The notes under the pieces were generated by a model. The model did not search any database. It saw nothing but the letters and a program-made list of their open reading frames with translations, and was not told the origin of the DNA. The translations under genes and the position numbers were made by a program. A DNA stretch of 64,000 bases from positions 255,413 to 319,412 of the forward strand of contig CAVUHC010000002.1 in NCBI GenBank assembly GCA_963741135.1. The letters run 5' to 3'. This document shows positions 11,401-19,910 of this stretch, one piece after another. The stretch comes from an uncultured Acidobacteriota bacterium. GTDB lineage: Bacteria > Acidobacteriota > Vicinamibacteria > Vicinamibacterales > UBA2999. Within the stretch, counting starts at the first letter, position 1. Each line of letters starts with the position of its first letter.

Positions 11401-12144
11401 CTGCTCCGCCTCTTTCCTTACCTGTTCGAGCTCCGCAGCCAGCGCCTCGCGTGCCGCGGCTTCCGCTCCGGCGCGCGCATCGCTCACCGCCGACTCGCGC
11501 TGCGTCGCCGCCTCACTTTCGATCCGCGCGAGGTCCTGCTTGCGCTGCTCCTCGGCCTCGTCGGCCATGCGTGCAAGCTCGCGCGCCCGTTGGAGTGCGC
11601 CTTCTGCCTGTACCCGCTCGAGCTCGGTCTTCAGTCGGAATTCGACCTCGGCCTCGATCAGCGAGACATCGGCCGAACGCATACCGGCCTCGACGGGGGC
11701 AACCGGGGGGACTTCCGCGACCCGCTTTGCCCGCGCGTTCTCTGCCGCGGTGAGCAACGTGTCGACCGTCCTTTCGAACGACGCCACCTCGGTGCTGGTG
11801 TTTTCGGCACCCTTCCTTCGAAACGGATTCGGAAAGCCGGATTTCTGTGGTGGTACTGCGTTCGCCAGCGACGGGATGTCGAGCGTGCGGACCTGTGCCG
11901 AGTCCGCCAGAGAGCGCAAATGCGTGCCGATCTTGACCCGCTGGTCCTGTGGGACCTCTCGGCCGAACAGGACAAGGTCAGGCACGCGCTGATTCATCGC
12001 CACGATCGCCGCATAAGCGGACGTGACGATGACGAGCTCGGCGCCGAGTTTCGTGTGAACGACGGAACCGAGCGGATCCGCGTGGGAGGAATCCGGCTCG
12101 ATCGCCAGCACTAGGTTCATATTGCGGAACATTGAGCGGGGCAA
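8422..12144 (-). CDS. 1240-aa membrane protein: receiver-like N-terminus, about 900-aa Ala/Glu/Arg coiled coil with 49-aa tandem repeats, one TM helix, C-terminal PEGA-like domains
   Basis: Intact ORF. The N-terminus resembles a CheY fold but has PDLVLFG where the phospho-acceptor D is expected. TM helix VAGAIVLAIVIGAGVIWLPGMF. The C-terminus has two beta-rich PEGA-like modules. Confidence 0.7.
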   Translation of the reverse strand: MPRSMFRNMNLVLAIEPDSSHADPLGSVVHTKLGAELVIVTSAYAAIVAMNQRVPDLVLFGREVPQDQRVKIGTHLRSLADSAQVRTLDIPSLANAVPPQKSGFPNPFRRKGAENTSTEVASFERTVDTLLTAAENARAKRVAEVPPVAPVEAGMRSADVSLIEAEVEFRLKTELERVQAEGALQRARELARMADEAEEQRKQDLARIESEAATQRESAVSDARAGAEAAAREALAAELEQVRKEAEQQLASEVARVRTEAEEALTAKLGETQAQAEREGDERLARARTEADASLTAAVEEAQRAAEAAEARAREAEAAIVRIKAEAGAARAAAVEEARTTTESEAMRSRDMEIARVRAEADAARGVAVEEARLAGETEAMRVLDSEMTRVKADADVRVQAALARAHAEADAVRAAAVDDARRVAETEATRVLESEIARVRADADVRVQAAVAHAHAEADAVRAAAVDEARLAAERKATRVLESEIARVKADADLRVQASVARAHAEADVVRAAAVDEARLSGETEAMSVLEAEIARVKAEADVQVQAAVARAHAEADAVRAAAVDDARRDAETEAMRVLEAEIARVKAEADVQVQAAVTRAHAEADAVRAAAVDDARRVVETEAMRVLEAEIARVKAEADVQVQAAVTHAHAEADAVRAAAVDEARLAAEGKAKRILETEIARVNADTEVQVEAAVARTHAETDAVRAAAVEEARLSAEGDARRVFEAEIARVKADTEAQVQAAVALARTEAAALRTAAVKEAQKAAEAAVARARDAENKIARMKTEAEAARAGAIEEALLTAELEAGDAREAEIARVKAEADAARAAAVTEARLAAEAQAARVLAAEIARVKADADTQIKSAVARARAESDVQLARGSRAQSENEARLEAELASARGEAEQARHAHQQAALDVNRIRIEAAETARAAAEKALASETERIRAQANLRLAAEVAMLRAEAESRQASGPDQVHTEPLEQPADPSFVSRIPHIQWDRVRWDLVAGAIVLAIVIGAGVIWLPGMFSSTVKTSSKWADTAGEAATKAADAAVAAAPAVKNALVTAERAARRQSSATTNRPATPGPGAQAPGAAVGGFLLAFSRIPMDLFADGRRIGTTEDGQLLLNAGSHKIEFVSERFNFRSTVALTIRPGQVTAHTLALPSGRVHVTTTPGAEVWIEGDRAGVAPLDAMPVAIGTREVVVKDAAFGERRQSVEVKNGETTELTVMPGSGAGATAPRLAPLSQ
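9939..11115. repeat. 147-bp tandem repeat, at least 8 copies, inside the 1240-aa gene
   Basis: The CCTTGACGCGCGCAATCTCGG anchor (a few copies carry 1-2 substitutions) recurs at 9939, 10086, 10233, 10380, 10527, 10674, 10821 and 10968, exactly 147 nt apart. Adjacent central copies look roughly 90-95% identical by eye. Degenerate copies flank the array. Confidence 0.95.
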
Positions 12145-12269
12145 TTGACGTGCCGCCTGGTTCTGCGGCGAAACAGCACAGTAGACGGTTTTTGCTGACG
12201 ATTTCCGTACGCATATGACGGATCTGAAACAGCGGATCCGCTTCGGACGTCCGGCTGAAGGTCCCGGTG

Positions 12270-12350
12270 TAGGTTCGGCTGCCCGCCTACGCGCTTTGCG
12301 CTACGGCGAGGTCTCGCCGAAGCCTCGGCGAAGGCGGAAAGCCGGACGCT
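12270..12350. repeat. REP-like family B element (CCGCCTTCGCC / GCTACGGCG core), copy i
   Basis: Shares GGCTGCCCGCCT(A/C)CGCGCTT...CTTCGGCGAAGGCGGAAAGC with 17197-17290. Lies just downstream of alaX. Confidence 0.75.
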
Positions 12351-13632
12351 ACCGCGGAGATGCTTCAAGCAGCTCCCGTGCTGCCCGGTGTATCTCAGCC
12401 GCGTCTCCGGTCAGACCGCCTCCTTGTGCAAGGTCTGGCTTCCCGCCGCCCCGGCCTCCGAATCGCTCGGTAAGCGCACGCAGGATGGCGTTGGCGTCGA
12501 CCGGGACGTCAGCCGACCTGGCGATGACGACTGCGAACGGCGACGTCGTCGAGAACAACGCAGCCGCCACGCAACGACCGGCGGTGATCGCGGACGCAAT
12601 CGCTTTGAGGCCGTTCGCATCCCAGCCTTCGAGCGCTTCGACAACAACGTGAACACCGGCAGGTCCATCCGCCTTCGGGCTTCGAGCCTGGTCGGACAAG
12701 GAAGGACCTGCCAAGAGCCGAGCCGCTTCGTGGCCCGCAAGCGTCTCCTGAAATCTCTTGATCGTCTTGCGGAGATCCCTGGCGTCCACGTGCAGCCGTT
12801 CAATGGCCGCTGGGAGTTCCTGAGGCAAGACCGAGAGGGCCCGCACGCTGCCGGCCACCGATTCTCGAAGCGTTCTGAACAGGCGAAGCGCGCGGCCGCC
12901 GCACGCAAACGTGATGCGCGTGCCGCCCTTGAACTTCTCCGCGCCGGCGACGGCGATCATCCCGATCGCTCCCGTCCGCGCCACGTGCGTGCCGCCGCAC
13001 GCCGAGAGGTCAAAGCCGGTCACCTCGATCAGCCGCAGAATGCCCTCGCGCGCCGGCTCCTTCCGGAGCTGTAGGGGCGGGTCTGAGGGGCCGTGCCTGG
13101 CGGGGTCGACAAACCGGATCGACACCTCGCGGTTCTCCCACACGACGCGGTTCGCTTCGTCTTCGGCGCGCGAGATCTGATCCGAGGATGTCTCGCGCAG
13201 CAGGTCGACCGTCGCCGTGTCTGCGCCCATGTGGAAGCTCATGGTCCGGTTGTCGAAGAGGCGATCGAACGCAGCAGACAACAGGTGCTGTCCCGTGTGC
13301 TGCTGCATGTGATCGAAGCGCCGGTTCCAATCGATTTCTCCGCTCACGGTGGTGCCTTGGCCGATTGGCGCCGACAGCACGTGCACCACGTCGTCGTCAC
13401 CGTCCACGGTCTCGACGACATCGATGGCGCCATGTTGCCTGGCGGGCACGAAGGGTCCGCCGAGCTCGTGAGGAAGGAGGTGTCCGGTGTCGAACGGCTG
13501 ACCACCAGACGAGGGATAGAACGCGGTCCGATCGAGCAGGGCTGCGGGGCGGCCATCGTGCTCGAACGCCTTCGTCACGACCGCCTCGAAACGGCGGCAG
13601 TACGGGTCGGTGTAATAGATGCGGGCGGTCAC
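12349..13632 (-). CDS. alaX: Alanyl-tRNA editing protein AlaX-L (AlaRS editing domain plus DHHA1)
   Basis: HxxxH (HTGQHLLS), CGGTHV, and C-terminal GGRGGGKPDLAQGGG. The GTG start overlaps the kinase stop (GTGA). Confidence 0.85.
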   Translation of the reverse strand: MTARIYYTDPYCRRFEAVVTKAFEHDGRPAALLDRTAFYPSSGGQPFDTGHLLPHELGGPFVPARQHGAIDVVETVDGDDDVVHVLSAPIGQGTTVSGEIDWNRRFDHMQQHTGQHLLSAAFDRLFDNRTMSFHMGADTATVDLLRETSSDQISRAEDEANRVVWENREVSIRFVDPARHGPSDPPLQLRKEPAREGILRLIEVTGFDLSACGGTHVARTGAIGMIAVAGAEKFKGGTRITFACGGRALRLFRTLRESVAGSVRALSVLPQELPAAIERLHVDARDLRKTIKRFQETLAGHEAARLLAGPSLSDQARSPKADGPAGVHVVVEALEGWDANGLKAIASAITAGRCVAAALFSTTSPFAVVIARSADVPVDANAILRALTERFGGRGGGKPDLAQGGGLTGDAAEIHRAARELLEASPR

Positions 13633-14696
13633 GCCGCTTCGGCGGAGGCTGCTGGGAGTTCGAAGTAGAAGATGGCGCCGCCGGCCGGTGCGTTCCGATA
13701 GCCGATGCGCCCGCCCAGCGAATCGATGATTCCGTAGCTGATCGACAGCCCCAGGCCGGTGCCCTGGCCGACTGGTTTCGTCGTGAAGAACGGCTGGAAC
13801 AACTTGGCCTCGTTGTCGGGCGGGAGGCCGGGTCCGGTGTCCTCGACCTCGAGCAGCACGCGGCCGCTGTCGTCGCGCGAGCGGATCGTGATGCGCCCCG
13901 GCAGCCGGCCGGACATTATGATCGATTGCTCGGCATTGATGACAAAGTTCAAAAGCACCTGTTGCAGCTCGGTGAGCACCGCCGAGACGAACTGCGTCGA
14001 CCGGTTTTCGACCCGCAGCTCGATGTCTTCGGACTCGAGGCGCCGCTGCCGCAGTTCCGCGACTGACACGATGACGTCGGTGAGGCTCACGGGAGCGGCC
14101 TCACCCGGCTGCTGCCGGGCGAACATCGCGAGGTTCCGGATGATGTTGCAGGCGCGCGCGCTTTCCTTCTGAATCAGTCTCAGGTCGGTCTTGACCGAGT
14201 CGGGCACGTCGCCCTGCATCTGCAGCAGCTCCGCGAACCCCAGAATCGCCTGAAGCGGATTGTTGATCTCGTGCGCGACGCCGGAGACAAGCTGTCCGAC
14301 CGCGGCGAGACGCTCCTGGCGAATGACCTGACGCTGCAGGGACTGGAGCTCTTCGCGGATCCGCCGCTCTTCGCCCATCTGTTCGTCGATCTCCGTGCGG
14401 GTCTTGTTGAAGCGCTGCAACATGGAATCGAACGCATCCTGCAGTTTGGCGAACTCCCGCGTCGGCATCGGCTTCCGCTCGACGGGCCTGAAGTCTCCGG
14501 ACGCGATGCGCTGTGCGGCGACCTCGAGATGCCTGAGCGAGGTGGCCAGCCGGCGAGACAGGACGAACGCGACGACGAGCCATCCGGCAAGGCCGAGCGC
14601 CAGGATCGCGACCGTGCGTGCCCAGAACGTGGTCACCCCCGACCCCGCGGCGAGGAGGAAAGGCACGATAAGCAGGCCGATCGCAACTGCGAGCAT
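13629..14696 (-). CDS. Sensor histidine kinase (2 TM, HAMP, HisKA, HATPase_c)
   Basis: H-box SGVAHEINNPL, plus N, G1 and G2 boxes (DTGPGL, GTGLGLS). The start at MLAVAIG was chosen to avoid overlapping queC; the longest ORF extends to 14807. Confidence 0.85.
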   Translation of the reverse strand: MLAVAIGLLIVPFLLAAGSGVTTFWARTVAILALGLAGWLVVAFVLSRRLATSLRHLEVAAQRIASGDFRPVERKPMPTREFAKLQDAFDSMLQRFNKTRTEIDEQMGEERRIREELQSLQRQVIRQERLAAVGQLVSGVAHEINNPLQAILGFAELLQMQGDVPDSVKTDLRLIQKESARACNIIRNLAMFARQQPGEAAPVSLTDVIVSVAELRQRRLESEDIELRVENRSTQFVSAVLTELQQVLLNFVINAEQSIIMSGRLPGRITIRSRDDSGRVLLEVEDTGPGLPPDNEAKLFQPFFTTKPVGQGTGLGLSISYGIIDSLGGRIGYRNAPAGGAIFYFELPAASAEAA

Positions 14697-14743
14697 GCGC
14701 TGAAAGGGGGGTAACGACCAGAAAGACCGCACTGTCCTAACCT

Positions 14744-15415
14744 TTATCGGCCAAACAGAGGGTCGGCCACACCGGCCTGCGCAAACCCGGCCGCACGGAG
14801 TGCGCAACTGTCACAATGGCCGCATGGATGTCCCTCGGGACCCGGATCGTAGCAGCTGTGGGTAATCCCGTAGTCCAGCCCCAAGTCTCGGCCCCTCCGG
14901 ATGATATCCGCCTTGGTAAACGTCTGCAGGGGGGCGTGGATGCGAAATGTCGCGCCCTGCACGCCCTGAGCGGTCGCCAGCGACGCCAGCCGCTCGAACG
15001 CGGCGATGTATTCGGGGCGGCAATCGGGATATCCGGAATAATCGAGCGCGTTGACGCCAATGAAGATATCGCGCGCGCCGAGCACCTCGGCCCATCCGAG
15101 CGCGAGCGACAGAAACACGGTGTTGCGTGCGGGAACGTAGGTGGAAGGGATTTCGTCGAGGTCGATCGGCCGATCCTTGGGCACGGGCGCATCGCTGGTG
15201 AGGGACGAGCCACCGAACGCAGAGAGATCCACGTCCAGCTCGATGTGCCTGGCCACCCCGAGCGCGCGCGCGACAGCGCGCGCGGCGTCGAGCTCGTGGG
15301 CATGGCGCTGACCGTATCGCACCGTCAACGCAAAGAGCCTGAAGCCCTCCGCCTGCGCCATTGCCGCCGCGGTATAGGAGTCAAGGCCGCCGCTCAACAA
15401 CACCACCGCAGGCAT
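14744..15415 (-). CDS. queC: 7-cyano-7-deazaguanine synthase
   Basis: SGGLDS PP-loop and Zn site [20 protein letters not shown] at 15415. Confidence 0.95.
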   Translation of the reverse strand: MPAVVLLSGGLDSYTAAAMAQAEGFRLFALTVRYGQRHAHELDAARAVARALGVARHIELDVDLSAFGGSSLTSDAPVPKDRPIDLDEIPSTYVPARNTVFLSLALGWAEVLGARDIFIGVNALDYSGYPDCRPEYIAAFERLASLATAQGVQGATFRIHAPLQTFTKADIIRRGRDLGLDYGITHSCYDPGPEGHPCGHCDSCALRAAGFAQAGVADPLFGR

Positions 15416-15506
15416 GTGTGATTGGTGATTCGTGATTGGTGATTGTCGATCGCTCATTGGAATCGGAATCACGAATCGCCAATCGCTAATCGCGAATCGC
15501 GAATCG
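15416..15506. repeat. Imperfect hairpin of tandem heptamers (GTGATTG)n / (CGAATCG)n
   Basis: Fills the whole queE-queC intergenic gap. Arms at 15416-15445 and 15459-15506. Confidence 0.85.
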
Positions 15507-16148
15507 TCATACTCCCCGCGTGCCGGGATCCCAGATGTATTTGTGAAGCTGAAGCTGAACGCGCACCGCAAGGCTGTCCGCCAGGACCCATTCCGAGAGC
15601 GTGCGCGGGTGCAGCACACCGTGTACGGGCGAGACGTGGACAGCGGCGGCACGACGCGCCAGGTGGTGGCGCGCAATCACGTCGCGAGCGTATTCGTAGT
15701 CGGCGCGATCCTTGATGACGAACTTCACCTCGTCATGCGGCCGGAGACGATCGAGATTCGTCCAGTCGTTGCGCTCCTCCTCTCCACTGCCAGGGCACTT
15801 CACGTCGAGAATCGTGATGACCTCTTCGGGAACGCGTGCAGTGCTGCGGTGGCCGCCCGTCTCGAGCAGCACGGTCCGGCCACGATCCAGCAACCCCTGC
15901 ATCAGCGGATACACGTCGTCCTGCAGCAGCGGCTCGCCCCCGGTGACCTCGACGAGCGGGCACGCAATCTGATCGACCTCGGCGAGAACCGTCTCCACCG
16001 GCTTCTTCTGCCCTTCGTGAAACGCGTACGGGGTATCACACCAGGAACAACGCAGGTCGCACGCGGTCAGCCTGACGAAGACACACGGGCGGCCGGCATA
16101 GGTGGACTCACCCTGGACCGAGTAGAAGATCTCGTTGATCGTCAGCAT
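15507..16148 (-). CDS. queE: 7-carboxy-7-deazaguanine synthase (radical SAM)
   Basis: N-terminus [15 protein letters not shown], cluster motif [13 protein letters not shown] at 16148. Confidence 0.95.
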   Translation of the reverse strand: MLTINEIFYSVQGESTYAGRPCVFVRLTACDLRCSWCDTPYAFHEGQKKPVETVLAEVDQIACPLVEVTGGEPLLQDDVYPLMQGLLDRGRTVLLETGGHRSTARVPEEVITILDVKCPGSGEEERNDWTNLDRLRPHDEVKFVIKDRADYEYARDVIARHHLARRAAAVHVSPVHGVLHPRTLSEWVLADSLAVRVQLQLHKYIWDPGTRGV

Positions 16149-16150
16149 CT

Positions 16151-16235
16151 GATTCGGGATCAGGATTCGGGACTCGGGATTCGAGACTGGCCTGGGGGAT
16201 TCGAATCCCGAATCCCCAATCCCCAATCCCGATTG
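16151..16235. repeat. Hairpin of tandem heptamers (GGATTCG)n / (CGAATCC, CCCCAAT)n
   Basis: Arms at 16151-16185 and 16194-16235, in the divergent region between queE and the DUF72 gene. Confidence 0.85.
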
Positions 16236-16247
16236 TAAGATGCCCCA

Positions 16248-17316
16248 GTGGGCGAGGTGCGAATCGGCACGTCGGGCTGGAGCTACCCGTCTGGAAAAGG
16301 GACATGGAACGGCCTCTTCTACCCAGCCACGCGATCGAAACGCGCCGGCACCGATCAATTCGATGAGCTACGGTTCTATGCCGATCATTTCGACACTGTC
16401 GAGGTAAACACGACGTTTTACGGCCAGCCGAGGGCCGAGGTGACTCGTGCCTGGGCCGCGCGGACTCCGCCGGGCTTCGATTTCTCACTCAAGCTCTATC
16501 AGAAGTTCACGCACCCGAAGATGTTCAAGGAGGCGAGCGCTCAAGTCCGCACCAGGCTCGGAAGGGGCGCTGCTCGATCTGCTCGCGCAGGTCACCCAGT
16601 CCGACATCGACGACTTCCGCGCGGGCATCGATCCGCTGGCTTCAGCGGGCAAGCTCGGCGCGCTCCTCGCGCAGTTCCCGCCGAGCTTCAAGGATTCAGC
16701 ACCGGCGCGCGATTATCTCGCCCTGATGCTGCGTGCCTTCGCCGAATATCCGGTTGCGGTGGAACTGAGACATCGGAGCTGGAGTGATGCGATTGGAGAA
16801 ACGCTGTCGCTGCTCAACGCGTTCGGCGCGGCCTGGGTCCAGATCGACGAGCCGAAATTCCGCTTCTCGATCCGCCAGAACTATCTGCCGAACGTCACCG
16901 GCTTTTACTACATGCGGCTTCATGGACGGAACGCGGCGCAATGGTGGCGCCACGACAAGAGCGAGGATCGCTACAACTACCTGTACACCGCCGACGAACT
17001 GCGGGAGTTTTCAGAAACCGCAGGCGCGGCGAAAGAACTGGTGAAGAAGTCGTACCTCTACACCAACAATCATTTTTCGTCGAAGTCGGTCGTCAATGCC
17101 GTGATGTTGAAGGCGCAGCTCGGACAACCGATCGAAGGCGAGTATCCCGAAGCGCTCGTGGAGAAGTATCCGGAGATCGGGTCGATCGTTGCGGGCCGGC
17201 TGCCCGCCTCCGCGCTTCGCGCTTCGGACGGGTCCGCCGGAGCCTTCGGCGAAGGCGGAAAGCAAGCCCGTACGTCGGACCCTACGACGACGATTCCGGT
17301 TTCAAAGTTACTCTGA
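16248..17316 (+). pseudogene. DUF72 family protein; one frame break near 16530-16560; C-terminus reads through a family B repeat
   Basis: IGTSGWSY...FYG in ORF 16248-16787 continues in ORF 16447-17316 (VELRHRSW...YLYTNNHF). Confidence 0.8.
17197..17290. repeat. REP-like family B element, copy ii
   Basis: See 12270-12350. Sits in the convergent overlap of the DUF72 and PPIase genes. Confidence 0.75.
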
Positions 17317-17885
17317 CGATCCGATCGGTGACGGCGAGCTTCCGGACGACATCCATGCCGGAAATGACCTGGCCGAAGACGGTGTACTGACCGTTCCATT
17401 TCGGCTGCGCCGAGAGCGAGATGAACATCTGGCTGTCGGCCTCGCGTGCATCGCCGGCGTGTGCCATCGAGACCGAACCCGACCTGGTGCAGACGCTTCT
17501 TGCTGAACTCCGCGGCGCCGATTGATTTTCCGCTGCCGGCGTCGAAACCGCGCCCCCACCACGCCTGCTTCGTCATGTCGCGCGTCTGCGGATCGCCGAA
17601 CTGGACGAGCTGCCCCGGAACGATGCGAAGGATGCGCTGGCCGTTGTAGAAGTTGCGCTTGATGAGCGCGAGGATGTGATCGACGGTCTTCGGTGCTTCG
17701 TTCGGATACGTCTCGATCTCGATCGTGCCCTTCATCGTCTCGATGACGAAGACTTGACCGGCGCCTGGCGATTTCTGCGCCGCCGGGACCGGCGCGGGAG
17801 CCTTCGTGGCTGCAGTGGTCTGTGCGAGCGCCGGCACTGAGACCGTGAGCGTAACAATGACCGCCAGCCATATTGTTCGAATCAT
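17282..17885 (-). pseudogene. Secreted cyclophilin-type peptidyl-prolyl isomerase; one frame break near 17470
   Basis: Signal peptide plus FVIETMKGTIEIETYPNEAPKTV...NFYNG in the 17070-18293 frame, then SMAHAGDAREADSQMFISL...YTVFGQV in ORF 17282-17467. The ATG overlaps the nth stop (ATGA). Confidence 0.85.
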
Positions 17886-18601
17886 TTCTCGCTCCTTCGC
17901 AGAACCCCCTGAACCCCCTGAACCCTTTGAACCCTTTGAACCCCAATTCTTGGGCATTCGGTAGCGATCACGCAATCCCCGCAGCGAGGTCCGATCGGGC
18001 GGCAGACGTTCTGCCCCCACGTGACCAGATAGAGGTTGATATAGGGCCACCACCGGGCGTCGGTCGCCCGGTAGAGCGCCTGCTCCGTTTCGTCGGGGAG
18101 CTTCGTCGTGACCCAGCCAAGGCGATTCGAGATACGGTGCACGTGCGTATCGACACAGATGTTCCGGAGGCTCTTGAAGCCGAGAATCATCACGAGGTTG
18201 GCCGTCTTGCGGCCGACGCCCGGCAGCATCACCAGCTCCTCCAGCGTGGACGGCACGCGGCCGCCAAAGCGCTCGAGGAGCATCTGGCAGCACGCCTTCA
18301 CGTGGCGAGCCTTCGTGCGGTAGAAGCTGACCGGGTAGATCAGCTTCTCGATCTCCTTCACAGTCAGCCTCGCCATCGTCCGCGGCGTGCGCGCCTTGCG
18401 AAAAAGGCGCGTTGACGCCGCGTGGGTCGTTGCATCCTGCGTGCGCGCCGAGAGGAGTGTCGCGATCAGGATCTGAAACGGATCTTCGGCCTGCTCTTCA
18501 GAAATCTTCTCGACCGCAGGCAGCTCGAGGCCGGTGATCGCGACCGCAAGCGAGCGCATGACGTTCTCGACAACAACTGGAGACGGCTTACGCGCGCCCA
18601 T
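17882..18601 (-). CDS. nth: Endonuclease III
   Basis: HhH LPGVGRKTANLV and the 4Fe-4S motif CRPIGPRCGDCVIATEC. The C-terminal tail VQRVQRVQGVQGV is encoded by a 9-mer repeat. Confidence 0.9.
   Translation of the reverse strand: MGARKPSPVVVENVMRSLAVAITGLELPAVEKISEEQAEDPFQILIATLLSARTQDATTHAASTRLFRKARTPRTMARLTVKEIEKLIYPVSFYRTKARHVKACCQMLLERFGGRVPSTLEELVMLPGVGRKTANLVMILGFKSLRNICVDTHVHRISNRLGWVTTKLPDETEQALYRATDARWWPYINLYLVTWGQNVCRPIGPRCGDCVIATECPRIGVQRVQRVQGVQGVLRRSEK
17902..17946. repeat. Tandem 9-mer (GAACCCCCT/GAACCCTTT) x5 inside the nth 3' end
   Basis: Read directly. It is in frame (9 nt equals 3 codons). Confidence 0.9.
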
Positions 18602-18644
18602 TGAACGTCTGCCACCAGGAACACGAAGACGAATTGGCCACAAA

Positions 18645-18713
18645 GGACACAGCGCGGCCAACGCCGCAACCAAACCGATGACAGGTCGGGGCAGCGTTGG
18701 CCGCGCTGTGTCC
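18645..18713. repeat. Perfect 20-bp inverted repeat with a 29-nt loop upstream of nth
   Basis: GGACACAGCGCGGCCAACGC (18645-18664) against GCGTTGGCCGCGCTGTGTCC (18694-18713). Confidence 0.9.
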
Positions 18714-19038
18714 AAAGGACGCTGTCACGCTAGTGACACTAACGCGCCTCTTTGTCAAAAAAAACAAACTTCGGCGCGTCAGTGTCACAAAGGTCGGGTT
18801 ACTTTGACTATTCAGCATACCAGCCCGAGCCTGTGAGGCCGATGTACGATCGCCGACGCGTATCTCTACGTCGACAGCCGTTCACCCGGCGGCGGTCGAC
18901 AAGCCTTCAACGGCCGCCCTTTTGCGACGAGCCCCGCGCGAAAAACATTCGTCTCGCAGTCACAGGATGCTGCTCGATCCGCAGCAGGTGGCCACAATTT
19001 CAGTACGGCCCGGCCCGTCTTGCCCCTCGATTGATAAG

Positions 19039-19446
19039 TTAGACGGGAGTGATTGACGGCGACGGCTTGTCTGCGACGAACACTTCGTGGGAAGCGGGCT
19101 CCAGCGCTGAGTGCTCGAACGGCTCGACGCGTGGTTGGAATCCCGCGTCAAACTGACGGCCAAGCCTGACTGTCCGCATGTCGCCCTGCACGTGTTCGCA
19201 TTCTGGGTTCAGGGCGCGGCTCACCTGCAGCATCCCGGCGGATGGTTCGACGAGTACCATCTGGAAGCGCGCTTTGAGGTGGGACGCGTTGTTGCCGCCC
19301 CCGCTGCCAAGTTCCAGGACGGTCCGAAGCGGCGTGTCGGATCCGCCCGCAAGAATGCGCGCGTACGAAGCGGCTTCCTCCTCGTAATCGGCCGGAGCCG
19401 ACATGAGCGGCCACCATGCGGCAAGTTCGGCGTACAGCTTTGGCAC
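19039..19446 (-). pseudogene. Class I SAM-dependent methyltransferase, 3'-truncated remnant (135 aa)
   Basis: Motif I LELGSGGG and GDMRTVRLGRQFDA are present, but the fold ends before motif III. A roughly 320-bp non-coding stretch follows. Confidence 0.55.
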
Positions 19447-19461
19447 GGCAGCTTAGGAGGC

Positions 19462-19836
19462 TCAGGGGACGGCCCGGCACTCGAGGCGGCATATCCCGGC
19501 CCGCTTCCACGATACTCTCCAGGCGACGTAGACACGGCGTGCGCGAACTATGCCGCGCGCACGGCCGAACCTCATGATCACTCCGGCGACTCCGCACCCG
19601 GCGAGAAGGGCAGCGGCGCCAAAGACGGCAGGCCAGGGAGCACTGAGGATCGCCGAGATCAGCAGCACCGCGCAGAAATGCACGATCGTCGGCGTCCCGA
19701 ACGCCCGCGTCGTCCCGGTGTCACCAGCCCTCTTCTCCGCGCCCAGCGTGATCACCACGAACTGGAGGCCTCTCAATGCACCGGCGGAAGAACCGACGAT
19801 GACGTAGAAGCTTTCCCAAGCGGCGAAATGCGGCAT
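19462..19836 (-). CDS. Hypothetical small membrane protein
   Basis: ORF starting at MPHFAAWESFYVIVG with three hydrophobic helices. No family recognised. Confidence 0.4.
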   Translation of the reverse strand: MPHFAAWESFYVIVGSSAGALRGLQFVVITLGAEKRAGDTGTTRAFGTPTIVHFCAVLLISAILSAPWPAVFGAAALLAGCGVAGVIMRFGRARGIVRARRVYVAWRVSWKRAGICRLECRAVP

Positions 19837-19910
19837 TCCAGCTGTCTCGACGGGGCTCGCGGTGGAACTATAGCGCGGCCGGTGTAGGATCCTGACGCCC
19901 AGGAGGACCC

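Noticed and set aside
18733-18788. 16-bp inverted repeat with an A8 loop as an intrinsic terminator or small RNA
   Set aside because: No U-tract follows on either strand and it lies upstream of nth rather than after a gene. There is not enough evidence to call an ncRNA from sequence alone.
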